Below the pieces are notes generated by a model. That model did not search any database and was not told the DNA's origin. It saw only the letters and a program-made list of their open reading frames with translations. This document shows positions 47,239 through 56,814 of a DNA stretch of 64,000 bases, piece by piece. Numbering within the stretch: the stretch's first letter is position 1; each line of letters opens with the position of its first letter. The position numbers and the translations under genes are program-made. This stretch comes from a virus, in IMG/VR virus record IMGVR_UViG_3300025646_005482, positions 96,331-160,330 of that record; one strand, written 5' to 3'.

Positions 47239-47944
47239 ACTATTAAGTAACATTTTAGAAAAATATAAGAAGGCTGGTGCCCTTGATATTGATCGTTCTG
47301 GCGCAGACGGCAAAGAAGAAGATTTTATCGGTAAACATATTGATAATGTCGAAGTCGTTGATGGTCCTGGCATGAAAGAGATCGATGCTGCCGTTGCCGC
47401 TGTTTCACATGCAAAACGAGCTCCTCATCACGGCCATGAAGTCGATAGCGATGATGACGTATATGAGTCTTTCGATATGACATACGCTGACGATATCGAA
47501 GAGCTGTATGGTATGGAATGGGACGATGAAGATCTTATGATCGAAGAAGAAGTTCTGCAAGAAGACGCAGCATTCTTCATGAGACTTATCGACGAAGTAG
47601 TCGAAGAGTTCTATAATGAAGAAGCTGACGAAGAAGAAAAAGCAATGCTCGACGAGATGCTGGCTACCGACGAAGGTTATATCGAGTTCGTTGACCTAAT
47701 TTTTGAAGGCAAACTCGGTGATGCTGATGAAGGTGGTGATGAAGAAGTTATCGTTGCAAATCCTAAGCTCAAAGGTAAGAAAGCTAAGGGAGATGGCAAG
47801 ACGAAAGGCAAAGAAGACCAGATGGTCAAAGAAGATGTCGAGCGGCATGCAGATGTAAAAATGGTTAAGATGAAGACGCCTGACGGCAAAGTAGTATTTC
47901 GTAAGTCGAGAGCTGAAACTGAAGTGAGCAAAAGGAGTAACTAA
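47231..47944 (+). CDS. Highly acidic putative prohead core/internal protein
   Basis: E/D-rich with a basic tail; lies between gp20 and gp21. Confidence 0.55.
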   Translation: MSELLSNILEKYKKAGALDIDRSGADGKEEDFIGKHIDNVEVVDGPGMKEIDAAVAAVSHAKRAPHHGHEVDSDDDVYESFDMTYADDIEELYGMEWDDEDLMIEEEVLQEDAAFFMRLIDEVVEEFYNEEADEEEKAMLDEMLATDEGYIEFVDLIFEGKLGDADEGGDEEVIVANPKLKGKKAKGDGKTKGKEDQMVKEDVERHADVKMVKMKTPDGKVVFRKSRAETEVSKRSN

Positions 47945-48183
47945 TGATTGTTAAACCTAAAGCTGCTGAAATAAATCTTAGTACTGCGAATACTGTCAAC
48001 GATGCTACATGTGTTAGAATCTACAATCAAAACGCTGGAGATGTTGTGATTACTAATACCGTTACATCAGGATCATTTACTCTCCCTGGCGGCGCAATTA
48101 CTTTTGTACAAAAAGCTGCAAGCGATACATTGACTGCAGGTTCTGCAGTAAAGGCAGTTAGCGTAGCATTTAATATCTCCTAA
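47944..48183 (+). CDS. Small hypothetical head-module protein
   Basis: 79 aa, beta-rich, upstream of gp21. Confidence 0.6.
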   Translation: MIVKPKAAEINLSTANTVNDATCVRIYNQNAGDVVITNTVTSGSFTLPGGAITFVQKAASDTLTAGSAVKAVSVAFNIS

Positions 48184-48192
48184 GGTAACGAC

Positions 48193-48858
48193 ATGAAACT
48201 AATAAAAGAAATTAATGAAACAGTCAAAGTCCTAACTGAAGAGACAGAAGACGGAAAGAAAAGCCTCTATATCGAAGGTATCTTTCTACAAGGAAACATT
48301 CAAAACCGTAACGGCCGCCGTTATAACACTGACATCCTCGAGAACGAAGTCAATCGCTATGTAGCTGAGTCAGTATCAAAAGGTCGTGCATACGGTGAGC
48401 TCGGTCATCCCGATGGTCCTGCTATCAACCTCGATCGAGTATCTCATATTATTACTAGTCTAGTCCGTGAAGGTGATAACTTCATTGGCAAGGCAAAGAT
48501 TTCTTCTACACCTATGGGAAAAATCGTAGAAGGTCTGCTTTCAGACGGCGCACAACTCGGCGTATCATCTCGAGGTATGGGTTCTCTGAAAGAAGGCAAA
48601 GACGGTGTGATGGAAGTTCAAGAAGATTTTTATCTCGCGACTGCCGCTGACATCGTAGCCGATCCATCTGCGCCTGATGCTTTTGTAAATGGCATCATGG
48701 AAGGTGTTGAATGGGTTTGGCAGCATGGTAAAGCAGTAGCCATGAGAGTAGAAGATCTTGAGCGAGAAGCTCAAAAAGCTGTTCGTAAGAAGAAACTAAA
48801 CGAACAGGCAAAGCTGCACATGTTTGAAAAATTTCTCAATGAGATTTCAAAAGTTTAA
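48193..48858 (+). CDS. gp21: Prohead protease gp21
   Basis: NRNGR.Y, GELGHP, GVSSRGMGSL and DIVADPSAPDA.V. Confidence 0.96.
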   Translation: MKLIKEINETVKVLTEETEDGKKSLYIEGIFLQGNIQNRNGRRYNTDILENEVNRYVAESVSKGRAYGELGHPDGPAINLDRVSHIITSLVREGDNFIGKAKISSTPMGKIVEGLLSDGAQLGVSSRGMGSLKEGKDGVMEVQEDFYLATAADIVADPSAPDAFVNGIMEGVEWVWQHGKAVAMRVEDLEREAQKAVRKKKLNEQAKLHMFEKFLNEISKV

Positions 48859-48862
48859 ATTA

Positions 48863-48870
48863 TATAAATA
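48863..48870 (+). promoter_or_regulatory. T4-type late promoter
   Basis: TATAAATA upstream of gp22. Confidence 0.8.
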
Positions 48871-48909
48871 CTAAACACTAGTATCAAAATAATCTAGGAG
48901 ATATATCTA

Positions 48910-49971
48910 ATGTCTGAAGTTAATCAAATCGAAGTTGAAGAGGCAGTAGATGTAGTTGAGCAAGAGGAATCTCTTGAAGAAGCTTCATCCGCAGCAGCTG
49001 AAACTTTAAAGCCTTCAGCAACTAAAACTCAGATGCTTGGCGATCTGATGTCTAAAGTTGCTGGCATGACAAAGCAGGACCTTTCTGCTTTCCTCGACAA
49101 GACTCTTGCCCAAGTTGGCAAAGAGGCAGATTCAGTTCCCGATACGTCTGGTAAGAACAAAGCAAGTGTTGCAACTTCTGGCGCTGGTGTACCTTCGCCC
49201 CGTGTTGCTGTTCCTGCTAAGGCGATGAAGGAAGATATGGACGAGCTTCTTGCTGATCAAGAAGATTTGTCTGAAGACTTCAAAGCAAAAGCTTCTACTC
49301 TTTTCGAAGCAGCAGTTCAGAATCGTGTGATTCTTGAAGTTGCTCGTCTTGAAGAAGAGTTTGAAACTCAGCTTGAAGAAAAAATTACAGAGTCAGTTGA
49401 TGAACTGCATCAGCAAGTAGAACAGTATATGGACTACGTTGTTGAGCAGTGGATGCAAGAAAACGAAGTTGCTATCGAGAATAACTTCCGTGTTCAAGCA
49501 ACCGAGTCATTCATCGACGGCCTCAAGAATCTTTTTGCAGAGAGCTACGTTGAAGTTCCCGAAGAAAAGATCGATCTCGTTGCTGAGCTTCAAGCATCAG
49601 TATCAGAGCTCGAAGAATCATTGGAATCAGTGCAGGCCGAAAACCTGAAACTGAATGCATTGATTAGTGAAGCATCTGTAGAAGCCGCCTTCGACGAAGT
49701 GTCAGAAGATATGGTTGATACGCAAGTTGAAAAGCTTCGCTCATTGGCTGAAGGCATTGAATATGCTGATGCCGAAGAGTATGCAGAAAAACTGAAGATC
49801 ATTAAGGAACAGTATTTCACTGAGTCTACTAAAGAAAACGAAGGATCTACTGGTCTAATTGATGAAGAAGTTTCTGTTGGTTCTAATGATGAGTCTGAAG
49901 AGGGACAGCAACTTATTCCCGAAGAGATGAAGCATTATTTCCAAGCAATTTCTAGAACTCATAGAAGTTAA
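48910..49971 (+). CDS. gp22: Prohead scaffold protein gp22
   Basis: LSEDFK.KA..FEAAV, YMDYVVEQW..EN and ESFIDGLK.LF.E.Y. Confidence 0.93.
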   Translation: MSEVNQIEVEEAVDVVEQEESLEEASSAAAETLKPSATKTQMLGDLMSKVAGMTKQDLSAFLDKTLAQVGKEADSVPDTSGKNKASVATSGAGVPSPRVAVPAKAMKEDMDELLADQEDLSEDFKAKASTLFEAAVQNRVILEVARLEEEFETQLEEKITESVDELHQQVEQYMDYVVEQWMQENEVAIENNFRVQATESFIDGLKNLFAESYVEVPEEKIDLVAELQASVSELEESLESVQAENLKLNALISEASVEAAFDEVSEDMVDTQVEKLRSLAEGIEYADAEEYAEKLKIIKEQYFTESTKENEGSTGLIDEEVSVGSNDESEEGQQLIPEEMKHYFQAISRTHRS

Positions 49972-49977
49972 CTTTTT

Positions 49978-49985
49978 TATAAATA
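49978..49985 (+). promoter_or_regulatory. T4-type late promoter
   Basis: TATAAATA upstream of gp23. Confidence 0.85.
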
Positions 49986-50026
49986 CACCAAGTAAATCCA
50001 AAATAATAAACAGGAGTACTACTAAC

Positions 50027-51328
50027 ATGAATTTAAATGAACAAATTCGAAACAAGTGGGCACCAGTGATCTCTCACCCTGATCTTCCTGAAATCACTGA
50101 TTCCCACAAGAAAATGGTTACCGCTATGGTCCTCGAGAACACCGAGCGTGCTCTTCGAGAGGCTGCTTCACAAGGCGCTACCCAGCAACTTCTTTCTGAA
50201 ACACCTTCTAACACCATCGGTGATAACTTCGGCGGCCAGTTCGCTGGTTTCGATCCGATCCTCATCAGCCTTGTTCGTCGTACTCTGCCGAACCTGATGG
50301 CTTATGATGTATGTGGCGTTCAGCCTATGACTGGACCGACTGGTTTGATCTTCGCTCTTAGCGCTCAGTACGCTCCGGATGGTGCTAACACCACTCCTCG
50401 TACCGAAGCTATGTACGACGAAGCCGACACCGACTTCTCTGGTACTGGCACCCATTCTGGTAACTCTCAGACTGGTGGCAAAGGTACTGGTATGACTACT
50501 GCCGCTGCTGAATCACTCGGCGTGTCTGGTGGTACTGCATTCGGTGAGATGGCGATGAAGATCGACAAAGTTACTGTAACTGCTAAGTCACGTGCGTTGA
50601 AGGCGGATTACTCGCTTGAACTCGCTCAAGACCTGAAAGCAGTACACGGTCTTGACGCCGAAGCTGAACTCAGCAACATCCTCGCTGCTGAGATCTTGGC
50701 TGAAATCAACCGCGAAGTAATTCGTACGATCAACCTTGCAGCTGTAGCTGGTTCACAAGGCACTGTATCTTCTAACGGTACTTTCGACCTTGACGTTGAC
50801 GCTTCAGGTCGTTGGTCAGTTGAGAAGTTCAAGGGCCTGATGTTCCACATCGAGCGTGAAGCTAACAAAGTAGCCAAGGACACTCGACGTGGTAAGGCTA
50901 ACCTGATCATCTGTTCTTCTGACGTAGCTTCTGCTCTTCAGATGGCTGGTGTTCTGGATTACACGCCTGCTCTGAACAGCAACTCTTTGGCTGTTGACGA
51001 TACTGGCAACACCTTCGCTGGTGTACTGAACGGTCGGTTCCGTGTATACATCGACCCCTATGCAACTACTAACTACATGAACATCGGCTACAAGGGTGCA
51101 GGCGCATTTGACGCTGGCATCTTCTACTGCCCCTATGTTCCTCTGCAGATGGTACGTGCGGTCGATCAGGATACCTTCCAGCCGAAGATTGGTTTCAAGA
51201 CTCGTTACGGTCTGGTCGAGAACCCCTTCGCTCACTCAGTACAAGGTACGCCTGCTGTATCCGACGGTGCAATCACCAACGGTACCAACGCATACTATCG
51301 TATGTCTACGGTCAGCAACCTGTTGTAA
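50027..51328 (+). CDS. gp23: Major capsid protein gp23
   Basis: LISLVRR..PNL.AYD.CGVQPM.GPTGLIF, AKSRALKA.YS.ELAQDLKAVHG and YCPYVPLQM..FQPKIGFKTRYG. Confidence 0.98.
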   Translation: MNLNEQIRNKWAPVISHPDLPEITDSHKKMVTAMVLENTERALREAASQGATQQLLSETPSNTIGDNFGGQFAGFDPILISLVRRTLPNLMAYDVCGVQPMTGPTGLIFALSAQYAPDGANTTPRTEAMYDEADTDFSGTGTHSGNSQTGGKGTGMTTAAAESLGVSGGTAFGEMAMKIDKVTVTAKSRALKADYSLELAQDLKAVHGLDAEAELSNILAAEILAEINREVIRTINLAAVAGSQGTVSSNGTFDLDVDASGRWSVEKFKGLMFHIEREANKVAKDTRRGKANLIICSSDVASALQMAGVLDYTPALNSNSLAVDDTGNTFAGVLNGRFRVYIDPYATTNYMNIGYKGAGAFDAGIFYCPYVPLQMVRAVDQDTFQPKIGFKTRYGLVENPFAHSVQGTPAVSDGAITNGTNAYYRMSTVSNLL

Positions 51329-51356
51329 TAAAAAGAATCCCAAAAGGGACACTTTT

Positions 51357-51382
51357 AAAGGGAGCTTCGGCTCCCTTTTTTT
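51357..51382 (+). terminator. Rho-independent terminator after gp23 (UUCG tetraloop)
   Basis: AAAGGGAGC-TTCG-GCTCCCTTTTTTT. Confidence 0.9.
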
Positions 51383-51383
51383 G

Positions 51384-51391
51384 TATAAATA
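51384..51391 (+). promoter_or_regulatory. T4-type late promoter
   Basis: TATAAATA directly after the terminator. Confidence 0.8.
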
Positions 51392-51426
51392 ATAAGCTCA
51401 TAAGAGCGTAACAAAGGAGGGAAACT

Positions 51427-51519
51427 ATGGACCTTAACCTACCACTTGTCGGTAAAATCCACTGGCCGTCGCTACTCCTCGGAGGTGGAGTGGTCTTAGT
51501 ACTCGCTATTTTGTTGTAA
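51427..51519 (+). CDS. 30-aa single-TM membrane peptide, not in the ORF track
   Basis: SD AAGGAGG; MDLNLPLVGKIHWPSLLLGGGVVLVLAILL; has its own promoter and terminator. Confidence 0.7.
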   Translation: MDLNLPLVGKIHWPSLLLGGGVVLVLAILL

Positions 51520-51533
51520 TCTGATCATGAGCG

Positions 51534-51557
51534 ACGGGGACTTCGGTCCCCGTTTTT
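51534..51557 (+). terminator. Rho-independent terminator (UUCG tetraloop)
   Basis: ACGGGGAC-TTCG-GTCCCCGT-TTTT. Confidence 0.85.
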
Positions 51558-51564
51558 ATAAATA
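51557..51564 (+). promoter_or_regulatory. T4-type late promoter
   Basis: TATAAATA upstream of gp3. Confidence 0.8.
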
Positions 51565-51589
51565 ATAGAAAACATGGTATAATATTTTT

Positions 51590-52096
51590 ATGGCAATGAA
51601 CAAGAATATGCTATCGCCAGTCGGCTTTAGTTTCCATATCAAAAAATTACCAGAGCTGAACTTCTTTGTTCAGAGTGTAACTATGCCTGGCGTGAATCTG
51701 CCTGTGTTTGAGCAACCTACCCCGCTTAAATCTATTCCTCGTATAGGTGATCACCTTCAATATGGAGAATTGACAGTCAACTTCAAAATTAATGAAGATT
51801 TAGGAAACTATATCGAGATATATGATTGGCTCGTGGGTATTAGTTTCCCTGATTCTTATACTCAATATAAAGAAATAGCTGCTGAAAGCAAACAATTAAC
51901 AGGTGATGGTATTGAATCTGATGGTTATATGATGATCTTGTCATCTGCTATGAACCCTGTAGTTCGTATTGATTTCGAAGATATGTTTCCTATTGGCCTC
52001 AGTGATATCACTATGGATTCACGTGATACGGGCATTGAATATCTCGATGCTACTGCTACGTTTAAATTCCTCAAATATAGATTTACATCGCTCTAG
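51590..52096 (+). CDS. gp3: Tail tube terminator/completion protein, gp3-like
   Basis: N.LSPVGF.F.I.KLP..FF.Q...PG, GD.LQYGEL.V.F..EDL.NY.EIY.W and FP..LS. Confidence 0.85.
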   Translation: MAMNKNMLSPVGFSFHIKKLPELNFFVQSVTMPGVNLPVFEQPTPLKSIPRIGDHLQYGELTVNFKINEDLGNYIEIYDWLVGISFPDSYTQYKEIAAESKQLTGDGIESDGYMMILSSAMNPVVRIDFEDMFPIGLSDITMDSRDTGIEYLDATATFKFLKYRFTSL

Positions 52097-52110
52097 TTTT
52101 GTAGTATAAT
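52082..52110 (+). promoter_or_regulatory. Sigma70-type (early/middle) promoter for uvsY
   Basis: TTTACA-N17-TATAAT. Confidence 0.65.
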
Positions 52111-52131
52111 TATTCTTTTGCGGGTATAGTT

Positions 52132-52566
52132 ATGACTCTTGATGAAATCTTTGAATTATGGGGCGAGGATACTCAGATCGACAGAACTGAGTTAGGCAAC
52201 GCCGCACTTGAACTAGCTAAACTACATCACAAGTACTATCGTATCTTTTCTCAAGAAAGATTGATTCATAAGAAGCTCGAAGCAGACATGAAACAGTTGA
52301 AGCTTGATAAGCTTGAGTTCTACGTAGACGGACCTACAGAAGAACAAATAGAGAAAGGTTGGAAGTTACCGCCAAAGGGACGTATCCTCAAATCAGACGC
52401 TGGTCAATATGTCGATGCAGACTCTGACGTCATTGCGCTTAACCTCAAACTTGCGTATCAGCAAGAAAAGCTAGAGCTATTAGCAGACATCATCAAAACA
52501 ATTTCTAATCGTGGATTCCATATCAAATCTGCGATTGATTGGGAAAGGTTCAAAGTCGGCGCATGA
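52132..52566 (+). CDS. uvsY: Recombination mediator UvsY
   Basis: W..D..ID..L.....KLH.KY, Y.DAD and NRGF.IK.AIDW.RF. Confidence 0.9.
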   Translation: MTLDEIFELWGEDTQIDRTELGNAALELAKLHHKYYRIFSQERLIHKKLEADMKQLKLDKLEFYVDGPTEEQIEKGWKLPPKGRILKSDAGQYVDADSDVIALNLKLAYQQEKLELLADIIKTISNRGFHIKSAIDWERFKVGA

Positions 52567-53432
52567 AGATAGTAGTGACAGGGGCCTGTGGTTACATAGG
52601 TTCACATCTTGTAGTAAGACTCGCCGAGCTCGGTTATGAAGTCATATCAACTACAAATAATATTACAGAAAATCATGAACTGGTTAAAAAGCATTCTTAT
52701 GTTTTAAGATTTACCGCAAACCAACGTCATGATATGTATCTTGAACAGTCTGATACGTTGATACATCTCGGCGGATATATTTCTGTAGAAGAATCAATGA
52801 CAGATCCACTCAAATATTATCATGGAAATACTTCCGAGACGATTAGATTATTGAAAGATTATAAATGGAAGAATGTTATCTTTGCTTCTACAGCAGCATG
52901 CTTTGACCCTGTATCTCATTATGCCAAATCAAAGCTAGCATGTGAATGGGCAATCAGAGCAATTGCACCAAACTACACTATCTTTCGTTTCTTTAATGTA
53001 GCAGGTATCAATGAAGGACATCACTATGTCAATCCGACTACTCATATCATCAGTAAGCTAGCTGAATGCGCTGTCAATAAAACAAAGTTTATCATGAACG
53101 GCCATGATTTTGATACACCTGATGGTACATGTGTAAGAGATTATATCGATGTCAATGATCTAGTAGAAGCAATTGTGAAGGCAATAAATAAACCTGCCAA
53201 TACTGAATACGAATGTTTGGGCTGTGGTTTAGGTTATTCAAACAAAGCAGTGTTGCATACGATGGAATCAGTGATAGGAAAACACGTCGACTATGATTAT
53301 GGCCCGCGAAGAGATGGTGATCCTGCTCGCCTTGTTGTACCCGAAGTTTCTTCTTATTTAAATCCAACTAAAACACTAGCTGACATGTGTAAGTCGACGT
53401 ATGGATATTTTAAGAATCTCAAAGATCAATGA
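52563..53432 (+). CDS. galE: NAD-dependent sugar epimerase (UDP-glucose 4-epimerase/GalE-like)
   Basis: TGACGYIGSH, SVEES..PL.YY.N, YAKSK, RFFNVAG, DGTCVRDYIDV.DL and RRDGDP. Probable start ATG 52563 (ATGA overlap with uvsY). Confidence 0.85.
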   Translation: MKIVVTGACGYIGSHLVVRLAELGYEVISTTNNITENHELVKKHSYVLRFTANQRHDMYLEQSDTLIHLGGYISVEESMTDPLKYYHGNTSETIRLLKDYKWKNVIFASTAACFDPVSHYAKSKLACEWAIRAIAPNYTIFRFFNVAGINEGHHYVNPTTHIISKLAECAVNKTKFIMNGHDFDTPDGTCVRDYIDVNDLVEAIVKAINKPANTEYECLGCGLGYSNKAVLHTMESVIGKHVDYDYGPRRDGDPARLVVPEVSSYLNPTKTLADMCKSTYGYFKNLKDQ

Positions 53433-54849
53433 GGTTTATAACAAGGTAGCCACTGATGATCGTGGCATTGCCGAAGAACTGTCTGCGTACTTTACGTTTA
53501 AGGTTCCTGGTTTCCAGTTTATGCCAGCCTATCGTAATAAATTTTGGGATGGTCAGATACGACTCTATAATACATCGACTCAGATGTTATACTCTGGTCT
53601 CAATAACTACGTGCAGATATTTGCTAAAGAGCGCGGCTATGACGTTGAGTATGAGTACGATAACTCAGCGGAAAATTTTTCGGTAGTCGAAGCGAAGAAG
53701 TTTATCGAGAAAGAAAAGTTTACCATGGCTCCTCGTGATTACCAGATCGAAGCATTCGTGGATGCAGTACGATATAAGCGTGGACTCTTCATCTCACCCA
53801 CAGCGTCTGGTAAGTCCTTCATCATCTATATGATCATGCGTAAGCTACTACGTCCTACGTTGATCGTTGTGCCCACGACTACGCTGGTACATCAGATGTA
53901 CTCAGATTTTCAAGAGTACGGATTCAATAGCGACAAATACTGTCATAAGATATTCAGTGGTAAAGATAAGAACACAGACAAGCCAGTCGTCATCACCACA
54001 TGGCAGTCCATATACAAACTACGGAAAGATTGGTTCAAGAAGTTTGATGTGGTGATTGGTGACGAAGCACACCTCTTCAAAGCCAAATCACTGACATCTA
54101 TCTTAGAAAAGATGGAAGATACAGAGTATCGCTTTGGTTTTACAGGTACATTGGACGGTACACAAACACATAAGCTTGTGCTCGAAGGTTTATTCGGTCC
54201 TGCGCAGAAGGTCATATCAACGAAGGAGTTGATGGACAGTGGTACATTGGCAGACTTTAAGATCAAGATACTTGCATTGAAATACCATGATGAGATTCGT
54301 AAGATCGTATCGAAGATGGACTATCAAGCCGAGATGGACTTTCTCGTGTCACACGAAGGTCGTAACAAGTTTATCAAGAACCTTGCACTTTCGTTAAATG
54401 GTAACACTCTTTTACTGTTTCAATATGTTGACAAACATGGTAGAATACTGGAAGAGATGATAAAGAAAGAGGCAGGTGATCGTAAGGTATTCTTTATACA
54501 TGGTGGTGTTAAAGGCGAGGAACGTGATGACATACGAGGTATTGTAGAGAAAGAAAACGATGCAATCATTGTGGCCTCATACGGTACGTTTTCAACAGGG
54601 GTAAATATAAAAAACTTGCATTCAATTATTTTTGCAAGTCCTTCTAAGTCGAAGATACGTAATCTACAATCAATCGGAAGAGGATTGAGAAAGTCGGATA
54701 CAAAGGACTCGGCGACACTATACGATATCGCTGATGATTTATCATGGAAGTCAACATCAAACTTTACATTGAAACATTTGATGGAGAGAGTGAAAATATA
54801 CGATGAAGAAAAGTTTGACTACAAACTATACAGCATAGGAATGAACTAA
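53401..54849 (+). CDS. uvsW: DNA helicase UvsW
   Basis: WDGQIRL, SPTASGKS, DEAH, G.TGT and QSIGRGLR. Confidence 0.95.
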   Translation: MDILRISKINEVYNKVATDDRGIAEELSAYFTFKVPGFQFMPAYRNKFWDGQIRLYNTSTQMLYSGLNNYVQIFAKERGYDVEYEYDNSAENFSVVEAKKFIEKEKFTMAPRDYQIEAFVDAVRYKRGLFISPTASGKSFIIYMIMRKLLRPTLIVVPTTTLVHQMYSDFQEYGFNSDKYCHKIFSGKDKNTDKPVVITTWQSIYKLRKDWFKKFDVVIGDEAHLFKAKSLTSILEKMEDTEYRFGFTGTLDGTQTHKLVLEGLFGPAQKVISTKELMDSGTLADFKIKILALKYHDEIRKIVSKMDYQAEMDFLVSHEGRNKFIKNLALSLNGNTLLLFQYVDKHGRILEEMIKKEAGDRKVFFIHGGVKGEERDDIRGIVEKENDAIIVASYGTFSTGVNIKNLHSIIFASPSKSKIRNLQSIGRGLRKSDTKDSATLYDIADDLSWKSTSNFTLKHLMERVKIYDEEKFDYKLYSIGMN

Positions 54850-55250
54850 TGCACGTAGTCATAAAGCTTAAAACCGGTGAAGAAATATTTGGTAAGATGA
54901 TGATTAAGAATGAACATAGCATTGAGTTAGATGATGCTATGGAAATGCGCTATCATATCAGTGAAGAGAACGGAGCACCTGTTATGTTCTTTACCAAATA
55001 TTGTATATTCACAAAATCATTTCAGGTCGCGATACCAAATGATTGTATCATGCATGTTTTTAAAGATCCAGTTGACTCTCTTATAGATTTTTATGAGAAA
55101 GAACTCTTTTCATGCAAATTATCGTATAATAATAATGAAGAAAAACCAGCACCGCGCCGGAAAAAATTAGGTAAGTCCAATTGGGACAAACACGAGGAAA
55201 TATTTCGTGCCATGTTGGAAAAATTAAGTGATGATCATGAGGTACACTGA
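54849..55250 (+). CDS. Conserved hypothetical protein (Sm-like N-terminus) between uvsW and gp55
   Basis: IKLKTGEEI.G motif and conserved position. Confidence 0.6.
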   Translation: MHVVIKLKTGEEIFGKMMIKNEHSIELDDAMEMRYHISEENGAPVMFFTKYCIFTKSFQVAIPNDCIMHVFKDPVDSLIDFYEKELFSCKLSYNNNEEKPAPRRKKLGKSNWDKHEEIFRAMLEKLSDDHEVH

Positions 55251-55768
55251 TGGCAAACTATATCAACAACAAAGAGTTCTTTGCTCTTCTACAACAATTC
55301 AAATTAGATTGCAACGAGGCAGAAAAGAACGGTAAACCAGCACCGCGAGTACCAGAAGATATTGGTAAATGCTTTATGATGATCGCCACCAAGTTGGCAA
55401 CAAAAGCAAACTTCTCTGGGTACACATACAAAGACGAGATGATCTGCGATGCCCTTGAAAATTGTGTGGTAGCAGTACACAGCTTTAATCCAGAAAAATC
55501 TAAGAATCCATTTGCATACTTTACACAGATCATTTGGTATGCATTCCTACGACGTATCGAAAAAGAAAAGAAGCAGACATACGTCAAATACAAATCACTC
55601 GAACAATTAGTAGTCGACGCAGAGTTACTAGAAGATGAAGGTATCGATGCGTATAAGAACTATGATATTGTGAACGAAAAGATGAAACCTATCATCGATA
55701 AATTTGAAAACAAAACGAAGAAGAAAAAGACAAAGGGGCCAATTGGCTTGGAGAAATTTACTGAATGA
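55250..55768 (+). CDS. gp55: Late-transcription sigma factor gp55
   Basis: YINNKEF, NFSGYTYKDEMI.D..ENC and NPFAYFTQI..AF.RRI.KEKKQ. Confidence 0.95.
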   Translation: MANYINNKEFFALLQQFKLDCNEAEKNGKPAPRVPEDIGKCFMMIATKLATKANFSGYTYKDEMICDALENCVVAVHSFNPEKSKNPFAYFTQIIWYAFLRRIEKEKKQTYVKYKSLEQLVVDAELLEDEGIDAYKNYDIVNEKMKPIIDKFENKTKKKKTKGPIGLEKFTE

Positions 55769-56814
55769 AATTAGCTCTAATCACCGATCAACACTTCGGA
55801 GTACGTAATGACAGCATCCAATTCCACGAATACTACAAAAGATTCTACGAAGAATTCTTCTTTCCCACTCTTCGAGAAATGGGCATCAGAGATATCGTCG
55901 AGCTCGGGGATATTTTCGATAGGCGGAAGTATGTTAATTTTGACACCTTGTCTCGCTGCCGTGATTACTTTTTTGATCCTATCGCGCGTGACGGGTTGAG
56001 TCTACATTGTATCGTAGGCAACCACGACATCTACTTTAAGAATACTAACAGAGTCAATGCACCCGAACTTTTGCTCGGTGAATTTGATATGCATGTGTAT
56101 TCCGAACCAACAGAAGTAGATTTCCATGATACAACCATTCTCATGATGCCATGGATCAATAGTCAAAACTATGATGTCGCGATGTATGCAATTGATAAAT
56201 CCAAATCAGATATCTGTCTCGGTCATCTCGAGTTTCAAGGATTTGAGATGTATCGTGGTGCAGTGATCGATCATGGTATATCACACAAGGCATTTCAGAA
56301 GTTCGACATGGTATGCTCTGGCCACTTTCATCATAAGTCTTCTAAAGATAATATCCATTATCTCGGTGCACCATATGAGATGACATGGTCAGACTATGAT
56401 GATCCCCGTGGTTTCCATATTCTTGACACCGAAACAAAAGAGTTAACTTTTTATCAAAATCCATTTATAATGTTCCATAAGGTATTTTATGACGATAAGA
56501 TCGGTGAACATGTGCTCTTACAAAAGTTCGACCATCTAAAAGACACACACGTAAAGGTAGTTGTCAAGAACAAGGACAACCCATACTTGTTTGATCTATA
56601 CATCGACATGTTGAACGCTGCTAATCCTGCACACATGCAAGTAGTCGAAGACAACTTTTACCTCGATCTCGAAGATGATGAGAATATTGTAGATGAAGCT
56701 GAAGATACCATTACTATCATTCGGAAGTATATAGATAATCTACAGCTAAATGATAATAAACCTATGAATGATCTGTTCTATGATCTATACCATGAAGCAT
56801 TGAGTAACGAATGA
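55765..56814 (+). CDS. gp47: Recombination endonuclease subunit gp47 (Mre11/SbcD-like)
   Basis: TDQHFG, LGDIFD, GNHD, GHLE and SGHFH. Confidence 0.95.
   Translation: MKLALITDQHFGVRNDSIQFHEYYKRFYEEFFFPTLREMGIRDIVELGDIFDRRKYVNFDTLSRCRDYFFDPIARDGLSLHCIVGNHDIYFKNTNRVNAPELLLGEFDMHVYSEPTEVDFHDTTILMMPWINSQNYDVAMYAIDKSKSDICLGHLEFQGFEMYRGAVIDHGISHKAFQKFDMVCSGHFHHKSSKDNIHYLGAPYEMTWSDYDDPRGFHILDTETKELTFYQNPFIMFHKVFYDDKIGEHVLLQKFDHLKDTHVKVVVKNKDNPYLFDLYIDMLNAANPAHMQVVEDNFYLDLEDDENIVDEAEDTITIIRKYIDNLQLNDNKPMNDLFYDLYHEALSNE

Noticed and set aside
40393-51328. Introns or inteins in terminase, portal or capsid genes
   Set aside because: The ORFs are continuous and of ordinary length for T4-like phages.
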